NCBI GenBank assembly: GCA_964629685.1 | Contig: CAZVTT010000001.1 | Coordinates: forward strand, 513,319-577,318 | Direction: 5' to 3' | DNA length: 64,000 bases | Source of the DNA: an uncultured Gammaproteobacteria bacterium | GTDB lineage: Bacteria > Patescibacteriota > Microgenomatia > UBA10105 > UBA927 | In this document: piece after piece, positions 9,955 to 19,696 of the stretch | Numbering within the stretch: position 1 is the stretch's first letter | Layout of the letters: the number at the start of each line of letters is the position of its first letter | Notes under the pieces: model-generated | What the model was told of the DNA's origin: nothing | What the model saw: only the letters and a program-made list of their open reading frames with translations | Database searches by the model: none | Translations under genes and position numbers: made by a program

Positions 9955-10614
9955 ATGAAAAATAAATCCGTACTTATTGGTATTGCCTTCCTGCTTTTGA
10001 TTGTATTGGGTGGTGGTGCGTACATGATGATGAGTAAATCAGATACGGCTTCTCCGTCAACAGTAGCGGATGCAATGGTTGCTACACCGAGCGGTGGTGG
10101 AAGTGTGCAAAAAACGCTTAAAGAATTATTCACCTCCGGCGTTGCGCAGAAATGTACATTCAGCAATACATCAGAGACACCGGCAGTTCAAGGAGTAACC
10201 TACATATCTTCGGGTAAAGTCCGGGGTGATTTTACCACAGCTATTGCAGACAAAACGATAACAAGCCACATGATCGTTGAAGGAAATACCAACTATATGT
10301 GGACTGATGAACAAAAAATCGGATTTAAAATGACAATGGATACGGACGCTGCTACTACACCAATGCCGACCGGATCAGCTATGTCACAACAGGCGTTTGA
10401 TATGAATAAAACCATGGAGTATAACTGTTCGCCCTGGGTTGTCGATGCCAGTCTGTTTGTACCTCCGACAAATATTGAATTTAGTGATTTCAGTGATATG
10501 TTAAAGTCGTCAGGTGAAGGAATTCCAGCCGGAAACCAGACCGCTTGTAAAGCCTGTGAACAGTTGACCGGTGAATCAAAAACGCAGTGTCAGACTGCTC
10601 TTGGATGCGAATAA
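9955..10614 (+). CDS. Secreted/membrane-anchored hypothetical protein, Cys-containing C-terminus
   Basis: 219 aa; N-terminal signal anchor; C-terminal CKACEQLTGESKTQCQTALGCE. Confidence 0.4.
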   Translation: MKNKSVLIGIAFLLLIVLGGGAYMMMSKSDTASPSTVADAMVATPSGGGSVQKTLKELFTSGVAQKCTFSNTSETPAVQGVTYISSGKVRGDFTTAIADKTITSHMIVEGNTNYMWTDEQKIGFKMTMDTDAATTPMPTGSAMSQQAFDMNKTMEYNCSPWVVDASLFVPPTNIEFSDFSDMLKSSGEGIPAGNQTACKACEQLTGESKTQCQTALGCE

Positions 10615-10670
10615 ATTTTCCCAGGCGTTTTAATTGTCCGTATCCCGTTCCTCAGCGGTAGAAAATATTT

Positions 10671-10679
10671 TGATATAAT
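10671..10679 (+). promoter_or_regulatory. Candidate extended -10 promoter element (TGaTATAAT) for the CorC/HlyC gene
   Basis: tttTGaTATAATc sits 19 nt upstream of the ATG at 10698. Confidence 0.25.
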
Positions 10680-10697
10680 CGTTACGACCTAACGCCT

Positions 10698-11981
10698 ATG
10701 GAGTTCCTGATTATTTTCTTACTTATTCTTTTAAACGGCGTTTTTGCGATGGCGGAAATCGCAATCGTTTCAGCCCGTAAATCAAAATTAAAGCAACAGG
10801 CTTCGGAGGGAAATAAACCAGCGCAAGCCGCTCTGGATCTAGCCAACAATCCCGCTAAATTTTTACCGACTGTACAGGTGGGAATTACTTTGGTAGGAAT
10901 TTTTGCAGGGGCTTTCGGTGGTGCAACTATTGCCGAACCATTGTCGGGATATTTTCATTTGTTTCCCGTTATCGGTAAGTATAGTGATGCAATTGCCCTA
11001 AGCATTGTTGTTCTCACGATTACCTATTTATCCCTGATAATCGGAGAACTTGTTCCGAAACGATTAGCCTTAAGCAGTCCGGAAAAAATCGCTGCTGTGG
11101 TAGCCAGACCGATGAATATGTTCGCAGGCATAACATACCCGGTGGTTGCTTTATTAAGTAAATCCACCGATTGGGTGCTTAACGTTCTGGGAATAACGGC
11201 AGCACCGGAAACTCCTGTAAGTGAAGAGGAAGTTCGGACATTACTGCACGAAGGAGCCAGGTCAGGAGTGTTCGAAGTTGCGGAAAAGGATATTGTAGAC
11301 AGAACCCTTAAATTAAGTGATAAAAAAGTTAGCACCATGATGAAACCAAGAAAGGAAGTAATCTGGTTGGATATAAATAGTACTGATGATGTACTCCGGA
11401 GTCGTTTGCGAAAAAAACCACAATCGCATTTCCCTGTATGTCGCGGATCCTTAGAAAAAGTGGTAGGTATAGTCCGGAGTGAAGATCTGCTTACTGATTT
11501 TTTAGCAACGAAAGACATGGATTTGGAAAAACATTTACACAAACCGCTCTTTATTCCGGAAAACATGGACGGATTGCGGGTATTGGAATTGTTTAAGAAG
11601 TCCGGAATACATATGGCATTGGTAGTGGATGAATACGGAACCATACAGGGCTTACTTTCTCTTACTGATGTCCTGGAAGCGATAGTAGGTGATATTCCTA
11701 CGCTGGAAGAAGCGGAGGAAAAAGAAATTATAAAACGCGAGGATGGATCGTATCTGGTAGACGGACTTATTTCTATAGATAAGTTTAAAGATTTTTTCCA
11801 TATCAAAGAACATATTGATGAAGATACCGGTTCCTTTAATACCATTGGGGGATTTGTCATGAGCCGTATAGAGCGTATTCCCATAAGCGGGGATACGTTT
11901 ACGGCTGCGGGATATATATTTGAAGTAGTAGATATGGATGGTAATCGTGTGGACAAAATATTATTAACGGAAATTCGGTAA
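10698..11981 (+). CDS. HlyC/CorC (TlyC) family transporter: CNNM TM domain, CBS pair and CorC_HlyC domain
   Basis: 427 aa; N-terminal DUF21 TM region, CBS-pair region and C-terminal CorC transporter-associated domain pattern. Confidence 0.8.
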   Translation: MEFLIIFLLILLNGVFAMAEIAIVSARKSKLKQQASEGNKPAQAALDLANNPAKFLPTVQVGITLVGIFAGAFGGATIAEPLSGYFHLFPVIGKYSDAIALSIVVLTITYLSLIIGELVPKRLALSSPEKIAAVVARPMNMFAGITYPVVALLSKSTDWVLNVLGITAAPETPVSEEEVRTLLHEGARSGVFEVAEKDIVDRTLKLSDKKVSTMMKPRKEVIWLDINSTDDVLRSRLRKKPQSHFPVCRGSLEKVVGIVRSEDLLTDFLATKDMDLEKHLHKPLFIPENMDGLRVLELFKKSGIHMALVVDEYGTIQGLLSLTDVLEAIVGDIPTLEEAEEKEIIKREDGSYLVDGLISIDKFKDFFHIKEHIDEDTGSFNTIGGFVMSRIERIPISGDTFTAAGYIFEVVDMDGNRVDKILLTEIR

Positions 11982-12009
11982 GTTTACACGCAAATATTCT
12001 TTAACAAAT

Positions 12010-12348
12010 ATGTCTGAAAAAATGTCGCTCGCCGACCTTCCGGCTGAGAAAATTCACAACGGGTCAGTTTTTCGTCAATCTTTAGTCCCTTCGCAACAGA
12101 AAAAAGTGCAGTTGGGATCATATAATTACGCCTGGCTGGACCCCGGATCAATGATTGAACCGCATATTCATCCTGACGGTGAAGAGCGGTATTTATTCCT
12201 TGAAGGTAACGGCGATATGTTTATCAATTCTGAATGGATTCACGTACAGGTACATGATTTTGTGATTGTTTCACCACGGGATCTCCATAGTGTCAGAAAT
12301 TTCGGCTCAGTCCCTTTAGTTTTTTTAACCTTACGCACAGTCGGTTAA
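12010..12348 (+). CDS. Cupin domain protein
   Basis: 112 aa; HIHPDGEERYLFLEGNGDMFIN two-motif cupin signature. Confidence 0.45.
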   Translation: MSEKMSLADLPAEKIHNGSVFRQSLVPSQQKKVQLGSYNYAWLDPGSMIEPHIHPDGEERYLFLEGNGDMFINSEWIHVQVHDFVIVSPRDLHSVRNFGSVPLVFLTLRTVG

Positions 12349-12355
12349 CGGATGG

Positions 12356-12841
12356 GTGTATACTGGTTTTATGAAGTCAGTTATCCGATTCATTGGTGCG
12401 CTAGTTGTCTGTTTTTCCCCCGGAGTAATCGGATCGTGGTTTACTTATCCTGCCATTGCAAGTTGGTATGTTTACCTGAATAAACCATTTTTTAGTCCTC
12501 CGAACTGGATTTTTGGGCCAGTATGGTCTTTCCTCTACTTACTCATGGGAATTTCACTGTTCTTGGTGTGGGAGTCTAAAAATAAAAAAGGGGCAATACG
12601 GAAAGCCGGTAAATATTTTTTCCTGCAACTTGGATTAAACACCGCATGGTCGTTAGTTTTTTTTGGATTAAAAAATCCCACGTTTGCCTTTCTGGAAATT
12701 TTGATTCTGTGGGCATCCATTCTGGCCACAATACGGATATTTTTGAATATTAATAGAACGGCGGGTACGCTATTACTGCCATATCTTGCCTGGGTAAGTT
12801 TTGCAACGGTTTTGAATTTTGCAATCGTACTGCTTAATTAG
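12356..12841 (+). CDS. tspO: TspO/MBR (tryptophan-rich sensory protein) family
   Basis: 161 aa, 5 TM; Trp-rich PNWIFGPVWSFLY...AWSLVFFG motifs. Confidence 0.7.
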   Translation: MYTGFMKSVIRFIGALVVCFSPGVIGSWFTYPAIASWYVYLNKPFFSPPNWIFGPVWSFLYLLMGISLFLVWESKNKKGAIRKAGKYFFLQLGLNTAWSLVFFGLKNPTFAFLEILILWASILATIRIFLNINRTAGTLLLPYLAWVSFATVLNFAIVLLN

Positions 12842-12873
12842 ATATTCCTATCTACCTGATATAATCCCTGTAA

Positions 12874-13533
12874 ATGAAATACATAGTGATTGTACTATTT
12901 TCATTAAGTATCGGTATGGCAATTGGGGCTAGCATGTATTATTGGCAGCATAAAACCGTGGCAGAACCGGAGTCCTTAGTTACACCGGTACAGCAAAAAC
13001 CGTTGGGAACGGCGTTTTCTATGGAACAGGCGCCATTAGATTCTCTGCGGGGTACCATTACTGAATTAACAGGTATACCGTATTGGGAATCACGAACAGC
13101 CACCGAACCTGCAGTACTTAAGAAAGACATCTCCATTCAGCAAGGAGAAAAAATTATTGCGAGTGACTCCGGTTCGGTTTCCGTTACATTTGCTGCAGCG
13201 GGAAGTATTTCCTTATCGTCTGAGTCCGAAATTGAAATTATTCAGACATTACCAGTTAATTTGGTTTTTTCCCAAAAAAAGGGAAACGTGTCTTACGCAG
13301 TTAGCGGCAGTTCTCCGGTATCGGTTCGAAGTTTTCATTTGCTTCTAAATATTCCGCGCGGGAATGTACATGTCTCTGTTGATGACAGCACAGAAACGGT
13401 AACGGTTAATGTCATTGATGGTAACGCAACTATAGCGTTTAATTCTGTGGATTATATTAGCCAGACGGTTAGCATAACTTCAGGTCAGACGTTGTACTAT
13501 TCGGACGTAACCAGAGGCGTGGATGTGCAGTAG
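12874..13533 (+). CDS. Membrane-anchored hypothetical protein (beta-rich, Ser/Val-rich ectodomain)
   Basis: 219 aa; N-terminal TM; no confident family assignment. Confidence 0.4.
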   Translation: MKYIVIVLFSLSIGMAIGASMYYWQHKTVAEPESLVTPVQQKPLGTAFSMEQAPLDSLRGTITELTGIPYWESRTATEPAVLKKDISIQQGEKIIASDSGSVSVTFAAAGSISLSSESEIEIIQTLPVNLVFSQKKGNVSYAVSGSSPVSVRSFHLLLNIPRGNVHVSVDDSTETVTVNVIDGNATIAFNSVDYISQTVSITSGQTLYYSDVTRGVDVQ

Positions 13534-14721
13534 CTATTTTAGAGAATGTTTATATTCCCTGAGAGGATCCAGTATCGAGTTACCGTCGTACCCGAGCGCC
13601 CAGAGGGCTACCCCTCCGATTCCATACGAATTGGCTAGCCGAATTTTTTCCAGTGTTGCCTGTTTGTCAGGATAAAATATTTGATGATATAACGCGGTAT
13701 CCTCATCGGGATAAATAATATACGATTCTTTTCCGAGTTGGTCGATTTGAATAATACAATCCGTGCAATCAGTTCGTACCTGTTCTGCCCTTCTGTTACT
13801 GATTACTAAACCTGAACCCGGCATTACTGCAGATCTTGGCACATTCCCGATGGATTCCCATTCGTATCCGTATAAGGGGATTCCCAACAAAATTTTTGCG
13901 GCTGGAAGTACTTCTATAGATTTTTGGAGTGCTGTTTCTATATCAAATTCCGCTTCCGTACCGGCTCCACCCACCGGCGCGACCGGTCCGGTAACAGCGG
14001 AACCGGTGTAGTGAAAGTCATATGTCATCAGTACGATACTGTCTACGTACGGTTCTATAGCCGGAAGATCTATTAACCGTGATTTAATTAAATCCGTAGG
14101 GCTGGCATCAATTGTCAGCGTTCCCAGATTCCTTTCTTTCATGAGTGTACGGACTTCCTTAACGAAAATAGTAAAGTTATTTCGTGCTGACAGATTTGCG
14201 GTAGGAACGACACTCTCTATATCCAAATTCAGATCATCAAATCCGTATTTGGTCATAAATGGTGTAATGGCATTCACTAGATTTGCCGCATGAGGGAGGG
14301 GATCACTCACTAATTCCAATATGTCCGATTCAACCCCGCTAAATACCAGAAGTGATAGTTTTACGTTTGCAGTTTTTGCCCGCGAAAATATTTCATCAAC
14401 TTTACCGCTTTCCAGGGCATACCATCCGGGTTCTTTTTCACCTGGATTAGTGTATTCCTGAACACTACCATCCGGGGCGACGGTTAATCCGAAGTAGGTG
14501 AGTGTCGTTATAAATTGAAAGTAATCTTTATCCGTTTTATCAATAAGCCAATACGGCAAGAATCCGATTACTTCGTGTTCACTAAGTCCTACTTGTGAGG
14601 CGATTTCTTGTACAAATGCACCATTCGGATTTTTTGTAAACGAATATTGCAGTAAAATATACCCGCATAAACTTCCAAAGATACAAGTGAGTATGCAAAT
14701 TATAAAAAGTTTTATAGACAC
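13534..14721 (-). CDS. Glycoside hydrolase family 18 (chitinase-like) protein, membrane anchored
   Basis: N-terminal TM; DxxDxDxE region present as FDDLNLDIE (middle Asp replaced by Asn) and MTYDFHYTGS motif. Confidence 0.55.
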   Translation of the reverse strand: MSIKLFIICILTCIFGSLCGYILLQYSFTKNPNGAFVQEIASQVGLSEHEVIGFLPYWLIDKTDKDYFQFITTLTYFGLTVAPDGSVQEYTNPGEKEPGWYALESGKVDEIFSRAKTANVKLSLLVFSGVESDILELVSDPLPHAANLVNAITPFMTKYGFDDLNLDIESVVPTANLSARNNFTIFVKEVRTLMKERNLGTLTIDASPTDLIKSRLIDLPAIEPYVDSIVLMTYDFHYTGSAVTGPVAPVGGAGTEAEFDIETALQKSIEVLPAAKILLGIPLYGYEWESIGNVPRSAVMPGSGLVISNRRAEQVRTDCTDCIIQIDQLGKESYIIYPDEDTALYHQIFYPDKQATLEKIRLANSYGIGGVALWALGYDGNSILDPLREYKHSLK

Positions 14722-14789
14722 AGGGCGATTATATCATTCAATAGAGGGGTTCTCACTTGGATGGTAATAGAGAAGTAAAGTTGCTTTTA

Positions 14790-14804
14790 TGCAAATTATT
14801 TGCA
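14790..14804. promoter_or_regulatory. Perfect 7-1-7 palindrome TGCAAATtATTTGCA immediately upstream of the metal ABC importer operon (candidate Zur/metalloregulator operator)
   Basis: Seen directly; centre lies 18 nt upstream of the znuA-like ATG. Confidence 0.3.
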
Positions 14805-14814
14805 ATAATAAAGA

Positions 14815-15753
14815 ATGAACAAAAATAAATTTTATACTATTGCCGCAGTCATAGTTATCGGAGTTTTGGGTATATTATGTTCGGTTCTGTATACGTCTGG
14901 ATTAAAGTCGCCAATCCAGAAGTTATCGGATGAAAAGATATCTGTAGTAACTTCTTTTTATCCGTTGTATTTTTTTGCTGATCAAATTGTCGGTACTAAT
15001 GCAGCGCTTACTATTATAACTCCCCCAGGGGTAGAACCGCATGACTACGAACTTACACCACGCGATGTCGCTTTATTGGAAAAAAGTGAAATTATTGTTA
15101 TAAACGGTGGAGGTTTGGAGCCTTGGGCCGAAAATATTGCCGCGAATACGCAAGATAAATCTGTGACCATGGTATCCGCTCCCCGAGAATTATTTTCGAG
15201 AACAGTCGATGAGGATGGCTCAACACTGCCTGATCCACACATATGGTTAGATCCCATATTGGCTAAAAAACAAGTAGAACAGATATCGCGGGCAGTGAGC
15301 ACCCGTGATCCTAAACATGCGGAAGTATATCAGCAGAACACCGAGCGTCTTTTGCAAAGATTGGATGAACTGGATTCTGAATTTAGACAATCTTTGGCTA
15401 ATTGTGCGAGAACTGAAATTGTCACCTCACACGCAGCCTTTGGTTATCTTACTGACAGATACGGTTTAGTACAGATATCGCTTTCCGGTTTATCTCCCGA
15501 ACAGGAACCTTCTCCAAAGGAGCTAGCAGATGTGGCGGATTATGCGCGCGAGCATAGTATTAAATATATATTTTTTGAAACTTTGGTAAGTCCCAGAATA
15601 GCTGAAACTTTGGCTAATGAAATAGGCGCGAAAACCCTGGTATTTAACCCACTGGAAGGATTGACCGAAGAAGAGCAAAATAAAGGAATGGATTACTTTT
15701 CGGTGCAAAGGGAAAATTTAAAAAATATTAAGACAGCCTTGGAGTGTAAATGA
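14815..15753 (+). CDS. Metal ABC transporter substrate-binding protein (ZnuA/MntC/TroA family)
   Basis: 312 aa; N-terminal signal anchor; cluster-9 SBP pattern with His/Asp metal ligands; first gene of an SBP-ATPase-permease operon. Confidence 0.75.
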   Translation: MNKNKFYTIAAVIVIGVLGILCSVLYTSGLKSPIQKLSDEKISVVTSFYPLYFFADQIVGTNAALTIITPPGVEPHDYELTPRDVALLEKSEIIVINGGGLEPWAENIAANTQDKSVTMVSAPRELFSRTVDEDGSTLPDPHIWLDPILAKKQVEQISRAVSTRDPKHAEVYQQNTERLLQRLDELDSEFRQSLANCARTEIVTSHAAFGYLTDRYGLVQISLSGLSPEQEPSPKELADVADYAREHSIKYIFFETLVSPRIAETLANEIGAKTLVFNPLEGLTEEEQNKGMDYFSVQRENLKNIKTALECK

Positions 15754-16499
15754 GTGAAACTGTAGTTTCTATAGATCATATAAATTTTTCCTATAACGGT
15801 GAGCGTATACTTGATGATATTAGTTTAGATATTCATAAAGGTGATTTTTTGGGTGTTATCGGTCCGAATGGCAGCGGGAAAACAACACTGGTAAAACTCG
15901 TCGTCGGACTTTTGAAGCCTAAATCCGGAATCATTAGATTATTCGGAACTGAGTTGAATGCGTTTAAAGACTGGCGAAAAATCGGATATGTACCCCAGAA
16001 GGCAGGATCAATGGTTTTGCACTTTCCGATTACCGTTAACGAAGTTGTCTCTATGGGTAGGATTCAGATAGGCAGGCTTGATGATACGGGTTCACAGGGA
16101 GACGAAGAGGCAGTAGCAAACGCGCTCCGGGCTGTAGAAATGGAACAATATAAATCCCGCCTCATTACTGAATTATCCGGAGGTCAACAGCAAAGGGTGT
16201 TTATCGCCCGGGCTTTAGCATCAGAGCCGGAACTATTAATTCTTGATGAACCCACTGTGGGTGTAGACGTGGATTCTCAATCAAAATTTTATCAATTGTT
16301 ACGGGATTTAAACACCAGGCTTAATTTAACACTGATCCTTATTTCACATGATATTGAAGTCGTGGCACACGAAGTAACGGAAGTCGCGTGTATAAATAGT
16401 AAACTCATCTGTCATGGGAGGCCTAAGGAGATACTTCGCGGGAACTTTATGGAAAAACTATACGGAAAAGATATTCGCTATGTTGTCCATGGTCACTAA
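15750..16499 (+). CDS. Metal ABC transporter ATP-binding protein (ZnuC-like)
   Basis: Walker A GPNGSGKTT, signature LSGGQQQR, Walker B LILDEP. Confidence 0.8.
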   Translation: MSETVVSIDHINFSYNGERILDDISLDIHKGDFLGVIGPNGSGKTTLVKLVVGLLKPKSGIIRLFGTELNAFKDWRKIGYVPQKAGSMVLHFPITVNEVVSMGRIQIGRLDDTGSQGDEEAVANALRAVEMEQYKSRLITELSGGQQQRVFIARALASEPELLILDEPTVGVDVDSQSKFYQLLRDLNTRLNLTLILISHDIEVVAHEVTEVACINSKLICHGRPKEILRGNFMEKLYGKDIRYVVHGH

Positions 16500-16502
16500 T
16501 TT

Positions 16503-17300
16503 ATGATGGATATTTTCCAGTACGATTTTATGCTCCGTGCCTTTATTGCGGGAGCCATGATTGCGGTTATTACACCAATGATTGGTAATTTTTTGGTTAT
16601 CCGAAGATATTCATTAATTGCTGATACTTTGTCACATATTTCTCTAGCCGGAGTAGCCATCGGATTAATACTGGGGACACAACCATTAGTTACAACAGTG
16701 ATTACTACGGTTTCCGCGGCAGTCTTGATAGAGAGGCTTAAAACCCGCCAACATATATCCGGAGAGGCTATTCTGGCAATGTTCCTGCCAGGAGGTTTAG
16801 CTTTGGCTCTGGTGTTGATGAGCGTGGCTCACGGATTTAATATAAACTTGTTCGGGTATTTATTTGGCACCATAACTACAGTTAAAACGGAAGAACTTTG
16901 GGTAATTCTGGGACTAGGGCTATTTACCGTGGTAACGATTATTTTGTTACGGAAAAAATTGTTGTTTGCAGCATTTGATGAAGAAAGTGCGCGCGTAAGA
17001 GGTGTCCCCGTAGATACCATTAATACCATACTTGTCGTATTAACTGCCGTAACCGTTTCGTTATCCATGCGGGTGGTGGGCGTACTATTAATCGGAGCAT
17101 TAATCGTAATTCCCGTGATTACCGCTATGCAAGTAGCGAGAAGTTTTTCTCAAAGTTTAGTGTTTTCAATATTGATTGCTTTATTTTCCGTGTTTGCAGG
17201 GCTATTTATCTCATACTACGCCGGTATCCCCGCAGGCGGAACTATAGTGTTGTTTTCTCTTTGTATCTTTGGTATGGTTTCGTTACTAAAAAAACACTGA
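16503..17300 (+). CDS. Metal ABC transporter permease (ZnuB-like)
   Basis: 265 aa polytopic protein of ABC-3 permease type, directly after the ATPase. Confidence 0.8.
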   Translation: MMDIFQYDFMLRAFIAGAMIAVITPMIGNFLVIRRYSLIADTLSHISLAGVAIGLILGTQPLVTTVITTVSAAVLIERLKTRQHISGEAILAMFLPGGLALALVLMSVAHGFNINLFGYLFGTITTVKTEELWVILGLGLFTVVTIILLRKKLLFAAFDEESARVRGVPVDTINTILVVLTAVTVSLSMRVVGVLLIGALIVIPVITAMQVARSFSQSLVFSILIALFSVFAGLFISYYAGIPAGGTIVLFSLCIFGMVSLLKKH

Positions 17301-17324
17301 TAACAATCGTGTTATAGGTAGAGT

Positions 17325-18479
17325 ATGCACTTTGGGTTTATGCGGCGATTCCTCTTTGTTTTATGTATTCTTTTGGTTGTCGTAATGCAGCCGTTTTCTT
17401 CCGTGAACGCTCAGAATTCAGCTTCGGAAAATCAGGACGATACGCTAGAAGCGAGTGTCGTAAAAATCTTAGAAGAAAAACAGATTACACCCGAAGGGGG
17501 AGATGCTTTACAACTGTATCAGAAGCTGGAACTTATTATTACCACCGGTCGGCTAACGGGTAAGACAGTTATAGTTGAAAACGGAATGTATCCTATGGCT
17601 AATGTTCCCAGATATGAATCAAAAGATCGTGTAGTGCTTACACGAACGGCAGATCTTTCTGGTGGAGAAGATACCTATTATATAACTGATTATGTCAGAC
17701 GGGATGTATTGTTACTCCTATTCATACTTTTTATTGCGGCTGCCGTAGTTATCGGTAGGTGGCGCGGATTTATGTCGCTCTTAGGAATGGCATTGTCTTT
17801 TTTGGTTATCTTTAAATTTATTCTGCCGCAAATTTCTGCAGGAGCGGATCCCGTTCTTATCGCGATCATCGGATCACTCATTATGGTTCCCGTAACCTTT
17901 TATTTCTCGCATGGTTTAAATAAAAAAACGTCAGTATCTATTCTGGGCACGCTTATAAGCTTGGTACTTACTGGTATTCTGGCGACAATATTTGTGGAGA
18001 TGGCAAAACTAACCGGGTTTTCTACAGAAGAGGCGAGTTTCTTACAGACGTTTTATCCTGGGGTAATCAATATTAAAGGTTTGTTGCTGGCAGGAATAAT
18101 AATAGGTGGTTTAGGAGTATTTGATGACATAACTATCTCTCAGGCATCTATCGTTGCAGAACTTAAGCACGCCTCAGGTAGAATACAGTGGACGGAATTA
18201 TACCGGCGGGCCATGAATGTGGGACATGATCATATCGCTTCCATGGTGAACACGTTGGTTTTGGTTTATACCGGTGCTGCCATGCCATTATTATTGCTGT
18301 TCATAAATAATCCCAGGCCTTTTTCGCAAATAATTAACTATGAATTTATCGCCGAGGAAATTATCAGAACGTTAGTTGCCAGTATCGGTTTGATTCTGGC
18401 AGTTCCGATAACAACGTTTATTGCCGCAGTACTGTTTTCGGGTGAGGATTCAACTACTGCTACGAAACACAGAATTTAG
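17325..18479 (+). CDS. YibE/F family membrane protein
   Basis: 384 aa; signal peptide plus a polytopic C-terminal half typical of YibE/F; follows the metal ABC operon. Confidence 0.55.
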   Translation: MHFGFMRRFLFVLCILLVVVMQPFSSVNAQNSASENQDDTLEASVVKILEEKQITPEGGDALQLYQKLELIITTGRLTGKTVIVENGMYPMANVPRYESKDRVVLTRTADLSGGEDTYYITDYVRRDVLLLLFILFIAAAVVIGRWRGFMSLLGMALSFLVIFKFILPQISAGADPVLIAIIGSLIMVPVTFYFSHGLNKKTSVSILGTLISLVLTGILATIFVEMAKLTGFSTEEASFLQTFYPGVINIKGLLLAGIIIGGLGVFDDITISQASIVAELKHASGRIQWTELYRRAMNVGHDHIASMVNTLVLVYTGAAMPLLLLFINNPRPFSQIINYEFIAEEIIRTLVASIGLILAVPITTFIAAVLFSGEDSTTATKHRI

Positions 18480-19420
18480 CGATTTTCCGTACCTGAAAAA
18501 TATGTGTATACTGCAGCAGAAATCCGGGAAATTGTAGTTTCGGCGCTTGCCGGATCTGGGGTCTCCGTAAGTACGACGAGTACATAGCTACCATTGGGCG
18601 TGTAAATGATGCCTGCATCATGCGTTACGGAGCCTAGTTCTCCCGTTTTGTGTGCAATGACGGTATTCTGTGGTAATAGGCGGGGAATTTTATTGTTTAA
18701 TTCCTGTTTTTTCAGAAGCGTGAGCATAGCGTCACTTGATTCGCGGTTAATAAGTGTTCCCTGATTTAATTTTTCAAAAAATAAACCGATATCCGAGGCA
18801 GTAGTTTTTGGTGGCTCTCCAAAACTGGATTCCATAAAACCGTAATTCGTCAGAAAATCTTTGCCGGTGGCAATTTTTACTTTTTTACTAAGCGCAAGTG
18901 CCGCATAGTTATGTGAGACCGTAATCATTTTAAAAAGTGCATCTTTGATTGAAAAGGAAACGGTTCCTTCCGTAAGTTCCGCTGACTCTGGATCTATGCC
19001 AAATGCGCGGTTTAATGCCGGAATACTTTCCGTTAACATCATGTCCGGAGTTAATGTTCCATCCTGCATCAGGTTATATACCGTGGCCATAATCCATAAT
19101 TTGTACAGACTGGCGGCCGGAAAGGATTTGTGATCATTGACCGCATACTTTTCTCCGGTCTGTAGTTGTTTAATGTATATGGCATATGTTCCTGCGGTGG
19201 TAGGGAGCAACGGTTCCACAACGTCTGCCAGTTGGGATATGAACGGCGTAGGCGTATTCGTTATTCGGGGAGTAGGGGTGATTACGATACTGGCAGCTTC
19301 CGCTACAGGTGAAATAACGGTCGGTTTAGAAAGTTGCCTTATGGTAGCTGCAAACGAAGAGATAACGATTACTATTATTATTAAAGGCAGTCCGATAGAA
19401 AGTACTGGTTGTGATTTCAT
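18476..19420 (-). CDS. Class A beta-lactamase-related serine hydrolase, membrane anchored with Pro/Thr-rich linker
   Basis: SxxK motif ASLYK, SxN-like SHN and KTG(E) triad region; N-terminal TM. Confidence 0.5.
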   Translation of the reverse strand: MKSQPVLSIGLPLIIIVIVISSFAATIRQLSKPTVISPVAEAASIVITPTPRITNTPTPFISQLADVVEPLLPTTAGTYAIYIKQLQTGEKYAVNDHKSFPAASLYKLWIMATVYNLMQDGTLTPDMMLTESIPALNRAFGIDPESAELTEGTVSFSIKDALFKMITVSHNYAALALSKKVKIATGKDFLTNYGFMESSFGEPPKTTASDIGLFFEKLNQGTLINRESSDAMLTLLKKQELNNKIPRLLPQNTVIAHKTGELGSVTHDAGIIYTPNGSYVLVVLTETPDPASAETTISRISAAVYTYFSGTENR

Positions 19421-19518
19421 TGAAGAAAACGTGCTGATTACATTTTTCCGGTGCAGTCACACTATACGCAGATTCATGGCAATTGTTCAAGCGGATATAA
19501 TATAGGTGTAGGAGGTAT

Positions 19519-19680
19519 ATGAATACTATTAACGCCATTTGGCACAAAGCAAATCGAATGCCTAATAACCCCACTGTAGAGCAACGACTCCATTGGCATT
19601 TGGAACATCAGAAACATTGTACATGCCGTCCGATGCCTGAAAAGTTAAAGGCAGAAGCAAGGCTGCTTAATATAAAATAG
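19519..19680 (+). CDS. Small conserved-looking protein (53 aa) with WHxEHxKxCxCR motif; absent from the ORF track
   Basis: Strong SD GTAGGAGGT 6 nt upstream of the ATG; MNTINAIWHKANRMPNNPTVEQRLHWHLEHQKHCTCRPMPEKL...; followed by a terminator. Confidence 0.45.
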   Translation: MNTINAIWHKANRMPNNPTVEQRLHWHLEHQKHCTCRPMPEKLKAEARLLNIK

Positions 19681-19696
19681 GATTGTATAAAACTAC

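Noticed and set aside
11024-11956. 310-aa ORF antisense to the CorC/HlyC gene
   Set aside because: It lies entirely within a well-supported gene on the opposite strand. Its composition is Ser/Thr/Pro-rich and low-complexity, typical of a mirror frame of a coding region, and it has no domain signature.
14815-17300. Naming the metal ABC importer specifically znuABC
   Set aside because: Cluster-9 SBP systems import Zn, Mn or Fe. The sequence alone does not fix the specificity, so gene symbols were withheld.
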